A DNA stretch of 64,000 nucleotides from Patescibacteria group bacterium (GCA_018830295.1 JAHJSM010000001.1:321980-385979); one strand, 5' to 3'. Positions 46,420-54,827 are shown, numbered from the stretch's first letter. Notes: generated by a model not told the origin, from the sequence alone. Numbers and translations are program-made.

Positions 46420-46956
46420 ATGGATAAAATTTCAATTAAATCGCAAAGACAGAAAAAGGGGAGTTGCCAGCCCCGCGGACCTAAGTCAAACAAAGAAGAG
46501 GCCGAGTTTGGGCCTGGGAAGGTTAATGTTTTAATGTGTAAGGATTGCGACGCGGTTTATTTCCGCAAGAGTTGGCATCATTGTTTGAAAGAAGGCAAGG
46601 AGATTTCAGAAGATAAGCCGGCGAGGATTGTCATCTGTCCGGCTTGCCAAATGATTAAGGACAAAATGTTTGAAGGTCAGATAATTTTAAAAAACGCGCC
46701 AGCGGATAAAAAAGGCGAAGTTTTAAACTTGGTCAAAAATGTTGGCAGACGCGCCTTTGAAAGAGATCCAATGGACAGGATTATATCTGTCAAGGAACAA
46801 GGCGGGGAGATAGAGATTTTGACGACCGAAAATCAATTGGCGGCCAGCATTGCCAAACAAATTAAACGGGCCTTCAAAGGGGAAACCGAGAAGATGAAAA
46901 TTTCATGGTCGCATCAGGAAAGCGTCGTGAGGATTGTTTTAAATTTCAAACTTTAA
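46420..46956 (+). CDS. Hypothetical zinc-ribbon protein
   Basis: CKDCDAVYF…ICPACQ four-Cys motif; 178 aa. Confidence 0.4.
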   Translation: MDKISIKSQRQKKGSCQPRGPKSNKEEAEFGPGKVNVLMCKDCDAVYFRKSWHHCLKEGKEISEDKPARIVICPACQMIKDKMFEGQIILKNAPADKKGEVLNLVKNVGRRAFERDPMDRIISVKEQGGEIEILTTENQLAASIAKQIKRAFKGETEKMKISWSHQESVVRIVLNFKL

Positions 46957-46978
46957 AAATAAACGTAAGATTATAAAT

Positions 46979-47344
46979 ATGGATAAAAAAACATTAGAAC
47001 AATTTAATAAGAAATTAGAGGCGGAGAAGAATAAATTAACGAAAGAGTTAAAAACATTCGCCCGAAAAGACCCAAAAATAAAAGGGAACTGGTTGACGCG
47101 TTTTCCGTTTTTTAACGCGAATCGTTCGCGTCCAGACGAAAGAGCGGAAGAAAGAGAGGACTACGAGAATCTTCTGCCTGTTGAGTACGCTCTTGAAACG
47201 CGCCTAAAAGACATTGATGAAGCGTTAGAGAGGATTAAGAAAGGAACTTATGGCAATTGCGCCAATTGCGGAAAAGAAATTCGAATTAAACGCCTTGAAA
47301 TAGTCCCTGAAGCAAAACTCTGCTCGGTCTGCGGAAGGAGGTAA
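46979..47344 (+). CDS. DksA/TraR-family C4 zinc-finger protein
   Basis: Coiled-coil N-terminus then CANCGKEI…CSVCGRR (C-x2-C-x17-C-x2-C). Confidence 0.7.
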   Translation: MDKKTLEQFNKKLEAEKNKLTKELKTFARKDPKIKGNWLTRFPFFNANRSRPDERAEEREDYENLLPVEYALETRLKDIDEALERIKKGTYGNCANCGKEIRIKRLEIVPEAKLCSVCGRR

Positions 47345-47350
47345 TTTTAG

Positions 47351-48388
47351 TTAAAAATAGATATATCCCTTAATCCTCCAATCGTCAACGCGAAGGGTTC
47401 GGACACTCTTAATGCCCCAACCCGCGTGATTCATTTCTGAAAAAGTAACCCAACTACCATTGACGGCTTCCACATATCCGACATGGCCATACCAACTTTC
47501 GTTAGTAGTGATAATTGACCCGACTCGAGCCGTGGTTCCTGTTTGTCGGCCATAAGCCCGCGCATTAGATAGCCATGATTTAGCGTGGCCAGCCCAAGGA
47601 ACAATTATTTTTTGCGCGACATACCAAGTACACTGTCCATAAGGGAAATTGTGACTCTTTCCTGTTCCCGCGCCAGTGACATAGCTTTTTGGCGCGACAT
47701 AAGTTATTTTTGGCGCTACTGGCGTTGGCATTCTTCCATCTGGGACAACTAATCTTTCTCCAATTTGGATGTTTCCGTCGGCGTTTAACCCGTTAAAGGC
47801 GATAATTTCTTTGGCGTCGGCGTCGTAATAGTTAGCAATCCATCCGATCGTTTGGTTGTCCTTAACGCGGCAAATTACGCCCGTGATAGGCGGGACCGTC
47901 AGCACATCGCCTGGGCGGATAATACTTATTTCTTTAAGTTCGTTTGCCCAAAGTAGAGTATTAACGCTAATGCCAAACGAGGCGGCAATGCTTGAAATGG
48001 TGTCGCCCTCTTGGACTGTATAATCAATAATTCCTGTTCGTGGCTCTTGGCTAATAAAAGTGACAGGACTATTTTGAACTAAAAAAACGCTTTCATGAAG
48101 CGTAGCGAAAGAAGCGCCTTCTTCGTTTAGGTTTTGTTCTTGGACGGACAAACTTGCCAAAGTGTTGGCTGATAAATAAGTGTCTCCAGTTGAAGGGCTT
48201 TCTAAAACGCAAGGAATTTCGCTTAAGTTCTTTTCAGTAGTTGTTTCGCCGCGATTTAAATAAAGAGAAGCAAATATTAAGCCAAATAAAATAACTGCCG
48301 CTAAGAGCAGTTTTCTTTTCTTTAAAAGACATTGTTTAATCGTACTCATGTACAGAATTATACTAACAAAACCGTTTCCTTGTGTCAA
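47351..48388 (-). CDS. Secreted peptidoglycan hydrolase: 2x LysM + C-terminal CHAP domain
   Basis: Signal/TM anchor; LysM (YTVQEGDTISSIAASFGISVNTLLWAN; WIANYYDADAKEIIAFNGL); CHAP catalytic Cys/His (YGQCTWYVAQK … YGHVGYVEAV). Confidence 0.7.
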   Translation of the reverse strand: MTQGNGFVSIILYMSTIKQCLLKKRKLLLAAVILFGLIFASLYLNRGETTTEKNLSEIPCVLESPSTGDTYLSANTLASLSVQEQNLNEEGASFATLHESVFLVQNSPVTFISQEPRTGIIDYTVQEGDTISSIAASFGISVNTLLWANELKEISIIRPGDVLTVPPITGVICRVKDNQTIGWIANYYDADAKEIIAFNGLNADGNIQIGERLVVPDGRMPTPVAPKITYVAPKSYVTGAGTGKSHNFPYGQCTWYVAQKIIVPWAGHAKSWLSNARAYGRQTGTTARVGSIITTNESWYGHVGYVEAVNGSWVTFSEMNHAGWGIKSVRTLRVDDWRIKGYIYF

Positions 48389-48410
48389 TAAGAAGTATCC
48401 ACAATTAAAA

Positions 48411-48494
48411 TTAAAGGTCAGACCTTTCCATCAGTTTGTTGCTAGATAATAAGCAGTCGTGATGATGTCGTTTTGAAAGGTCTGACCTTTAATT
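48411..48494. repeat. Family C MITE-like element
   Basis: Near-identical to 36411-36493 copy (CATCAGTTTGT, AAGCAGTCGTGATGATGTCGTTTTG modules). Confidence 0.85.
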
Positions 48495-48500
48495 TCTTAA

Positions 48501-48761
48501 CTATATTTTCTGAATGGCTTTTGTTAGGCGTGATTTTTTTCGGTTCGCCGTATTTTTTTTGATTACTCCCCGCTTGACCGCTTTATCAATAGCTTTGTAA
48601 GATTCTGGAAGAAGTTTAAGCGCTTCTTCTTTCTTTTTGTCTTTAATAAGCGTTTTGGCTTGCTTGATTAAAGATTTCATCTTATTGACGCGGCGTTGGT
48701 TAAAAACCCGCCTGCGGTTGCTCTGTAAGAGAGATTTTTTTGCTGATTTAATAATAGGCAT
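48501..48761 (-). CDS. rpsT: 30S ribosomal protein S20
   Basis: MPIIKSAKKSLLQSNRRRVFNQRR…; start set at MPIIKS. Confidence 0.8.
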   Translation of the reverse strand: MPIIKSAKKSLLQSNRRRVFNQRRVNKMKSLIKQAKTLIKDKKKEEALKLLPESYKAIDKAVKRGVIKKNTANRKKSRLTKAIQKI

Positions 48762-48819
48762 AGTACGGAAAGTATAAATCAAACTTTCAAATTAAGCAAG
48801 GGTATGGTAGTATTTTTGT

Positions 48820-49386
48820 ATGCTTGCTTTTCTTGAAGGGAAAATTGAATTAAAAACGGAGAAGTTTGCCATTATTAATGTTGGCGGCGTTGGGTATAAG
48901 GTTTTTGGCGTGGCATCGGTCTTGGATAAATTATCTAAAGGCAAAGAGGCAAAACTTTTTGTTCATCTTTACACGCGCGAAAATATTTTGGATTTATACG
49001 GTTTTTTGTCTTTTGAGAGCCTGGAATTTTTTGAAACCCTTATTTCCGTCAGGGGCATTGGTCCCAAGGCGGCGCTTTCAATTATGGCCATTGCGTCAGT
49101 TGCGACTCTTAAACAAGCGATTGCTAGTGGGCAAAAAGCGCTCTTAACTAAGGTTTCTGGAATTGGTCAAAGAACGGCGGAGCGTGTTATTCTAGAATTA
49201 AAAGATAAAATCGTCGCGCCTATCGCCGATATTAAAAGATTGAGTTCGGATAGCGACGCGATAGATGCTTTAGTCAGTTTGGGTTATACTATCCAACAAG
49301 CGAGGGGAGCGCTTGAACAAGTGTCCGCAAAAACCAAAGGCGCGGCAAGCAGAGTCAGAGAAGCGCTAAAACTTTTAGGAAAATAA
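48820..49386 (+). CDS. ruvA: Holliday junction branch-migration protein RuvA
   Basis: MLAFLEGKIELKTEKFAIINVGGVGYKV…, HhH motifs (GIGPKAALSIMA; GIGQRTAERVILELK). Confidence 0.85.
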   Translation: MLAFLEGKIELKTEKFAIINVGGVGYKVFGVASVLDKLSKGKEAKLFVHLYTRENILDLYGFLSFESLEFFETLISVRGIGPKAALSIMAIASVATLKQAIASGQKALLTKVSGIGQRTAERVILELKDKIVAPIADIKRLSSDSDAIDALVSLGYTIQQARGALEQVSAKTKGAASRVREALKLLGK

Positions 49387-49387
49387 T

Positions 49388-50314
49388 ATGAAAGAAGAAT
49401 GGAATCGTTTTATTATTAAGAATGGTGGGGGCTTTTTGCAGTCGTATCAGTGGGGAGAATTTCAGAAAGCGTTCGGTAGGAAGATTTGGCGCGTTGAGAT
49501 AGGAAACGATTTGAAAGCGTTGGTTATTAAACACAGATTGCCTTTGCGGCGTAATTATTTATATTGTCCGCGCGGACCCGTAATTCAGCGAACAATAAAT
49601 TTGTTTTTAGAAAAAGTTAGGGAAATAGGGAAAAGAGAAGGAAGTATTTTTTTGAAAACTGAACCGTTTTTTAATTCTAAAATTTTAGGAAATGACTTTA
49701 TTAAGTCGGAAAAAGAAATTCAGCCGTCGCGAACAATAATTTTAGATATTTCAAAATCAGAGGAGGATTTGCTAGAGCAAATGAGCCAGAAAACAAGGTA
49801 TAATATTAGATTATCCCAACGCAAAGGAGTGATTATTAAAGAGGCGGCGAGTGATAAGGCATTAGCGATAAATTCTTTTTTAAAATTATTAAAAAAAACG
49901 ACAGAGAAGGATGGTTTTCGCGCTCATCCGGAAAAATATTATCAAAAAATGTTTGATTTTTTAGGCAAAGAGGGTTCCGTAAAATTATTCTTAGCGAAAC
50001 ATAGAAAAAAGGTTGTCGCCGCCGCGCTTTTTTCTTTTTTTGGGGAAACGGCTGTTTACTTGCACGGCGCTTCGGATTATGACGCGCGCCAATTAATGGC
50101 GCCGCATCTAATCCAATGGCAGGCTATTTTGGAAGCAAAAAAAAATGGATTAAAATACTACGATTTTGGCGGAATTGATGAAAAAAAATGGCCCGGAGTG
50201 ACCCGATTTAAAAAGGGGTTTGGAGGACAAGAAACTGTCTACCCCGGCGCGTTTGACTTGATTTTTAAGCCGTGGTGGTATAGTGTTTATAATATAGCAA
50301 GGAAGGTCTTGTAG
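49388..50314 (+). CDS. FemAB-family peptidoglycan peptide-bridge aminoacyltransferase-like protein
   Basis: FemAB-like N-terminus FLQSYQWGEF…, GNAT-like C-terminal half; adjacent to Mur ligase. Confidence 0.55.
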   Translation: MKEEWNRFIIKNGGGFLQSYQWGEFQKAFGRKIWRVEIGNDLKALVIKHRLPLRRNYLYCPRGPVIQRTINLFLEKVREIGKREGSIFLKTEPFFNSKILGNDFIKSEKEIQPSRTIILDISKSEEDLLEQMSQKTRYNIRLSQRKGVIIKEAASDKALAINSFLKLLKKTTEKDGFRAHPEKYYQKMFDFLGKEGSVKLFLAKHRKKVVAAALFSFFGETAVYLHGASDYDARQLMAPHLIQWQAILEAKKNGLKYYDFGGIDEKKWPGVTRFKKGFGGQETVYPGAFDLIFKPWWYSVYNIARKVL

Positions 50315-50354
50315 TTTTTTAACAATTTTTTAAAAATAGAAAAAAGGGGGTAAT

Positions 50355-50543
50355 ATGTCAGATGAAATAAAAGAATGTCCAGATCCAAGATGTAGAAGAG
50401 GATATATTTTTTGCGAAGGGATGCATGTCGTTTGCATGACTTGCAAGGGAGTAGGCGAAGGAACGGAGGAATTTTTTAAAAAGAACAAAGAAGAAGCGGA
50501 AAAGTTGAGACGCGAAATTTTTGCTGACGCCTGCGCTTCGTAG
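50355..50543 (+). CDS. Small Cys-rich hypothetical protein (62 aa)
   Basis: RBS AAAAGGGGG; CPDPRC…CMTCKG zinc-ribbon-like. Confidence 0.3.
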   Translation: MSDEIKECPDPRCRRGYIFCEGMHVVCMTCKGVGEGTEEFFKKNKEEAEKLRREIFADACAS

Positions 50544-50632
50544 TTCGTAGGCGGAAGGATTTTAAAGAGCCAAAGCAAAATGCTTTTGGCTCTTTTATTT
50601 TCCGCCGAAAACTGGTATTGTGTTAATAATTT

Positions 50633-50662
50633 GGGGACTGTCCCCAAGAGGGGACAGTCCCC
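50633..50662. repeat. Family B palindromic element
   Basis: GGGGACTGTCCCC-aagag-GGGACAGTCCCC. Confidence 0.85.
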
Positions 50663-50677
50663 AAATAACAAATTATT

Positions 50678-51937
50678 ATGAAAAATACAATTAAAAAAAT
50701 TACTCCCAACTCTCTTTTAAGCGCCTATCATTTCCTGCTTTCTTTTTTGGGCGCGGTTTTTTATGGCTTTCCCTCGCGAAAACTAAAAATAATCGGGGTG
50801 ACAGGGACGAATGGCAAGTCAACGACAGTGTTTTTAATCAATCAGATTTTAGAAAAGGCGGGATATAAGACGGCTTCTTTGTCGTCTATCTATTTTACAA
50901 CCAACGGCGATATTGAGCTAAACAATCTAAAAATGACCATGCCTGGTCGTTTTAAAATCCATAAGTTTTTGAGGCGGGCGGTTGAGGCGGGATGTCAATA
51001 CGCCGTTTTGGAAATAACTTCAGAGGGGATTAAACAGCATCGCCATCGTTTTATTGGTTTTGATACGGCTGTTTTCACTAATCTTACGCCTGAACATATA
51101 GAAAGCCACGGCGGATTTGAGAATTATAAAAAAGCGAAAGGAAAACTTTTTCAATCGCTTAAGCCAAATGGTAAATCAATTGTTAATTTAGACGACCCAA
51201 ACAGCCATTATTTCTTGCGATTCGCGGCGAAAGAAAAATGGGGATACACATTACAACAGGGGGCTGCCCCCGTGGCGGGGGCAGCCCCCGTCGTAAAAGG
51301 AGAGAAAATCGAGATAAAAAAATCTTATTCTTCATTCTTCATTAATAATTCATTATTCATAATTCATCTTTTAGGCAAATTTAATATTTCTAACGCCTTG
51401 GCGGCGATTGCGGTTGGAACGGCGGAAGGAATTTCTTTAGAGAAAATGAAGTTGGCTTTAGGGGAAATAAAAGGCATTCCCGGTCGTTTAGAAATAGTTA
51501 CTAAGGAACTATTTACAGTAATTGTTGATTACGCTCATACGCCAGACGCTTTAGAAAAGGTCTATCAAACCGCGCGAAAAATGTCTGATGGAAAATTAAT
51601 AGGCGTTCTTGGTTCGGCGGGCGGAGGCAGAGACAAATGGAAAAGACCTGAAATGGGAAAAATCGCGGAAAAATATTTGGATATGATTATTATTACTAAC
51701 GAAGACCCTTACGACGAAGACCCGAGCCAGATTATTAGCGAAATCGTTGAAGGGATAAAAAATAAAGAGGTTAAAAAAATTATTGACCGCAGAGAAGCAA
51801 TTCGCTACGCTCTAAAAATAGCGGAAAAAGACGATGTGGTTATTATTACGGGCAAAGGATGCGAATTATGGATGTGCGTTGAAGGAAATAAAAAAATCCC
51901 TTGGGATGACAGGAAAGTAGTTAAGGAGGAGATTTAA
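50678..51937 (+). CDS. Mur ligase family protein (MurE-like UDP-MurNAc-tripeptide synthetase), carrying in-frame family A repeat
   Basis: IIGVTGTNGKSTTVFL P-loop, DYAHTPDAL, ligase C-terminal domain; QQGAAPVAGAAPVV encoded by the palindrome. Confidence 0.7.
   Translation: MKNTIKKITPNSLLSAYHFLLSFLGAVFYGFPSRKLKIIGVTGTNGKSTTVFLINQILEKAGYKTASLSSIYFTTNGDIELNNLKMTMPGRFKIHKFLRRAVEAGCQYAVLEITSEGIKQHRHRFIGFDTAVFTNLTPEHIESHGGFENYKKAKGKLFQSLKPNGKSIVNLDDPNSHYFLRFAAKEKWGYTLQQGAAPVAGAAPVVKGEKIEIKKSYSSFFINNSLFIIHLLGKFNISNALAAIAVGTAEGISLEKMKLALGEIKGIPGRLEIVTKELFTVIVDYAHTPDALEKVYQTARKMSDGKLIGVLGSAGGGRDKWKRPEMGKIAEKYLDMIIITNEDPYDEDPSQIISEIVEGIKNKEVKKIIDRREAIRYALKIAEKDDVVIITGKGCELWMCVEGNKKIPWDDRKVVKEEI
51259..51289. 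repeat. Family A palindromic element inside Mur ligase CDS
   Basis: GGGGGCTGCCCCC-gtggc-GGGGGCAGCCCCC. Confidence 0.85.
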
Positions 51938-51950
51938 TAAGCATACAATT

Positions 51951-53216
51951 ATGATTTTCTTAGAAAAAATATTTTTTTATCTTTTGGTTTTCTGTTTGCC
52001 CTTCCAAACGCGTAAAGTGATTTGGCAGTGGGGTGAGAATGGTTTTAATGAGTGGACGAGCGCTTTTCTTTATTTAACCGATATTTTAATTTTAATTCTT
52101 TTTCTTTTTTGGTTTTTGAGGAACAGAGAAAAAAGATTTTTTAAGAATGGGATTAAGATGGCGAGGGGAGCAGTCGCAAGAGGCGGTTTTTGGCTGATTG
52201 TTTTTTTGGCGATTGCTTTGGTTTCTCTGATTCAGGCGCGTAATATTCAATTAGGTTTCTATTCTTGGCTTAAACTTTTAGAATTTGCTCTTTTGTTTTT
52301 CTATCTAAAAAATAATTTTAAAGATTTATTTAATTTTACCCGCCTTTCCCAAGCGCTTGTAATGAGTGGGTTTGCTCAGTCGTTGATTGTTTTATGGCAA
52401 TACGCGGGGCAAAAAGGGCTGGAGATAAACGGCGTCGCTAAAATTATTGTTGATGGAGTGACACTTATGCGCCCTTACGGTTCTTTTCCTCACCCAAATG
52501 TTTTGGCGGCTTTTCTTTTACTCTGTATTTTTTGCCTCTATTCTCTCTGGCTCGCGAAAAAACGATCTTTTGTTTGGAATTGTCTTTTGATTATTGCTGG
52601 ATTTTTAATAATATTCGCTTTTTGGCTCTCTTTTTCGCGAACCGCCCTTTTAGTTTTTTTAATCACAATCCCTCTTTATTTTATCCTTCTATTAAAACAA
52701 AAAAGAAATATCCTTATCTTTCTCTTTATTGTTTTCTGCAGCGTTCTTTTTGTTTTTTTGGCCGGGGCGGAAGTTTCGTCTCGGTTCGCGATTTCAACAT
52801 CAGAGCAAGCGGTTGGATTGCGCGCTTTTTATAATGAAACGGCTCTTTCTATTATCAATCAATATCCTCTATTCGGAGTAGGTCAGGGAAATTTTGTTTG
52901 GGAAATCAGCAAAGCGCTTGATTTAATGTCTGCCTGGCTCTATCAGCCGGTCCATAATATCTATTTGCTTATCGCCAGCGAAACAGGGTTGTTCGGGTTG
53001 ATCGCTTTTCTTATGTTTCTTTTTTTGATTTTGTCTGAGATATTTGGGGACTGTCCCCGTTGCGGGGACAGTCCCCAAATAATAGGGCTTGTCATTGTTT
53101 TCTTCGGATTTCTATTTATGGCTCTATTTGACCACTACTTCTGGACAATTCAGCAAGGGCAGTTAATGTTTTGGTTGGTCTTGGGCGTTATCGCAAGCAA
53201 TTCGGCTATCCGATAG
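51951..53216 (+). CDS. O-antigen ligase / Wzy_C-domain membrane protein, paralog 3, carrying in-frame family B repeat
   Basis: Polytopic, PVHNIYLLIASETGLFGL Wzy_C motif; the repeat is translated as GDCPRCGDSPQ. Confidence 0.55.
   Translation: MIFLEKIFFYLLVFCLPFQTRKVIWQWGENGFNEWTSAFLYLTDILILILFLFWFLRNREKRFFKNGIKMARGAVARGGFWLIVFLAIALVSLIQARNIQLGFYSWLKLLEFALLFFYLKNNFKDLFNFTRLSQALVMSGFAQSLIVLWQYAGQKGLEINGVAKIIVDGVTLMRPYGSFPHPNVLAAFLLLCIFCLYSLWLAKKRSFVWNCLLIIAGFLIIFAFWLSFSRTALLVFLITIPLYFILLLKQKRNILIFLFIVFCSVLFVFLAGAEVSSRFAISTSEQAVGLRAFYNETALSIINQYPLFGVGQGNFVWEISKALDLMSAWLYQPVHNIYLLIASETGLFGLIAFLMFLFLILSEIFGDCPRCGDSPQIIGLVIVFFGFLFMALFDHYFWTIQQGQLMFWLVLGVIASNSAIR
53046..53076. repeat. Family B palindromic element inside CDS
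   Basis: GGGGACTGTCCCC-gttgc-GGGGACAGTCCCC. Confidence 0.85.
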
Positions 53217-53228
53217 CCGAACAAGATT

Positions 53229-53255
53229 AAACCCCGACGGTTTTGTCGGGGTTTG
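53229..53255 (+). terminator. Rho-independent terminator (hairpin family D: CCCCGACGG…GTCGGGG)
   Basis: AACCCCGAC-ggttttg-TCGGGGTTT followed by GGTTG; related hairpin at 59477-59511. Confidence 0.45.
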
Positions 53256-53429
53256 GTTGAAGTCGGTCAGTGCCCGCATCCGCAATCACATCGGCAGCCG
53301 CAATTTGCGACGCGACGAATAATAAAACGAACTAAGCGCGCATACCTCAAACCCTTGTCCATACTCTCACCTCCTTTAAAAGAACTATTTATAGATTACC
53401 AAAAAAGAAACAAAAGTCAATCTATTTCC

Positions 53430-53501
53430 GTCCCCATAGCTTAACGGATAAAGCGCGGCCCTCCGGAGGCCGAAATCGAGGTTCGATTCCCCGTGGGGAC
53501 A
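53430..53501 (+). tRNA. tRNA-Arg (anticodon CCG)
   Basis: Acceptor GTCCCCA/TGGGGAC, anticodon stem CGGCC/GGCCG, loop CTCCGGA, T-loop TTCGATT. Confidence 0.65.
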
Positions 53502-53592
53502 CCCGTTTTTAAAAATTTGACTTTATTCTATAAAAATGTTAAAGTCCTTTGAATTAGTTCATTAACTTTTTCATAAAAAAAGGGGTGGTGAA

Positions 53593-53820
53593 ATGGAAAA
53601 TATTAATATGGATAATGCTTATAATTACTATGCCAATATGGGGGTGTATGCTTATGTCCACTCTTGTGGTAGCGGAGACTTAAAATTTCTTGGGCTCTCC
53701 GGAGAACATAACGAGAATGTTGATTTCTTTTGTAATGAATGTAAAAGAAATTTCTCGGTAGAATGCAAGGGAGGATATTTAAAAAGTAAGGGACAAATTT
53801 TGACAATGCTGTATCCATAA
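53593..53820 (+). CDS. Small zinc-ribbon hypothetical protein (75 aa)
   Basis: Strong RBS AAAAGGGGTGGTG; HSCGSGD…CNECKRNFSVEC. Confidence 0.35.
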   Translation: MENINMDNAYNYYANMGVYAYVHSCGSGDLKFLGLSGEHNENVDFFCNECKRNFSVECKGGYLKSKGQILTMLYP

Positions 53821-53908
53821 TTCATTTCAACAAAAAGCCACTGCGAAAAAACGCGGCGGCTTTTTATATTATATGGATATGATATAATGAAATAAGATAT
53901 GCAATAAA

Positions 53909-53964
53909 TTAAAAGTCAGACCTTTCCATCAGTTTGTCACTTTTGAAAGGTCTGACCTTTAATT
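53909..53964. repeat. Family C MITE-like minimal element
   Basis: TTAAAAGTCAGACCTTTC-CATCAGTTTGTCAC-TTTTGAAAGGTCTGACCTTTAATT. Confidence 0.85.
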
Positions 53965-53972
53965 TATAACAC

Positions 53973-54191
53973 ATGAAAAATATTGTTTTAATTTTAATCA
54001 AAATTTACCAGAAAACCATTTCTCCCGACCATGGTTTTTTTCCTGTTTTGAAGTTTTTGGGCGGATGCCGCCACAACCCAACTTGCTCGCAATACACTCA
54101 TGAAGCGGTCAAAGAAAAAGGGGCATTAAAGGGGGTATGGTTGGGAATAAAAAGAATTTCTAATTGTCATCCTTGGGGGAAAGAATTATGA
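53973..54191 (+). CDS. yidD: Membrane protein insertion efficiency factor YidD
   Basis: LIKIYQKTISPDHGFF…CRHNPTCSQYTHEAVKEKGALKGVWLGIKRISNCHPWG matches the YidD family. Confidence 0.8.
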   Translation: MKNIVLILIKIYQKTISPDHGFFPVLKFLGGCRHNPTCSQYTHEAVKEKGALKGVWLGIKRISNCHPWGKEL

Positions 54192-54230
54192 AACAAATCA
54201 ATAAAGTTATAAAGGTTTTAATTTTATCGG

Positions 54231-54815
54231 ATGTCGCTTTGGCGGGCGGGGTTGGGTTTTATGGCGCCTATTTTCGCGATTTTTTTGACCGAAAAAATTC
54301 AGGGAGGCAATATCGCGGTTGTTGGATACGCGGCCGCTATCTATTGGATTATTTTGTCATTGGTTGTGATTCCTTTTGGGCGATATTTAGATAAAAACCA
54401 TGGCGAGAAAGATGATATTTGGTTTATTATTCTCGGTAATTTTTTAGCCGCCTTAGCTGTTTGCGGGTATCTTCTTTCTTTTCTTCCTTGGCACATTTAC
54501 CTCTGTCAAGTGATTTACGCTATTGGTATGGGGATGAATATTCCCGGCTATACAGCTATTTTCACTCGCCATATTGATAGAGGCAAAGAAGCGTTTGACT
54601 GGAGCGTTCGCGCCGCTTTAATCGGTTTTGGAAGCGGAATCGCTGGCGCCTTAGGTGGAGTGGTCGCTAATCGTTTTGGTTTTTATATTCTCTTTATCGG
54701 AGTCATAGTTTTCCTTTTAATCAGCGCTTTTTTGCCTCTTTTAATCAGAAAAGAATTATCTTCAAAAGATAAAAAAATAATTAGAACGCCAGCAGGCAAA
54801 ATTTATCCAAAGTAG
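54231..54815 (+). CDS. Polytopic membrane protein (MFS-half-like); possible frameshifted/truncated gene together with 54164-54394 frame
   Basis: Six hydrophobic helices; the upstream 76-aa ORF in another frame overlaps over LSDVALAGGVGF, so the true N-terminus is uncertain. Confidence 0.3.
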   Translation: MSLWRAGLGFMAPIFAIFLTEKIQGGNIAVVGYAAAIYWIILSLVVIPFGRYLDKNHGEKDDIWFIILGNFLAALAVCGYLLSFLPWHIYLCQVIYAIGMGMNIPGYTAIFTRHIDRGKEAFDWSVRAALIGFGSGIAGALGGVVANRFGFYILFIGVIVFLLISAFLPLLIRKELSSKDKKIIRTPAGKIYPK

Positions 54816-54827
54816 CGCGTTAGAAAA

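Noticed and set aside
15921-53076. Possibility that the short repeats form a CRISPR array
   Set aside because: The units are palindromes scattered across 40 kb, not regularly spaced direct repeats with unique spacers. No cas genes are present.
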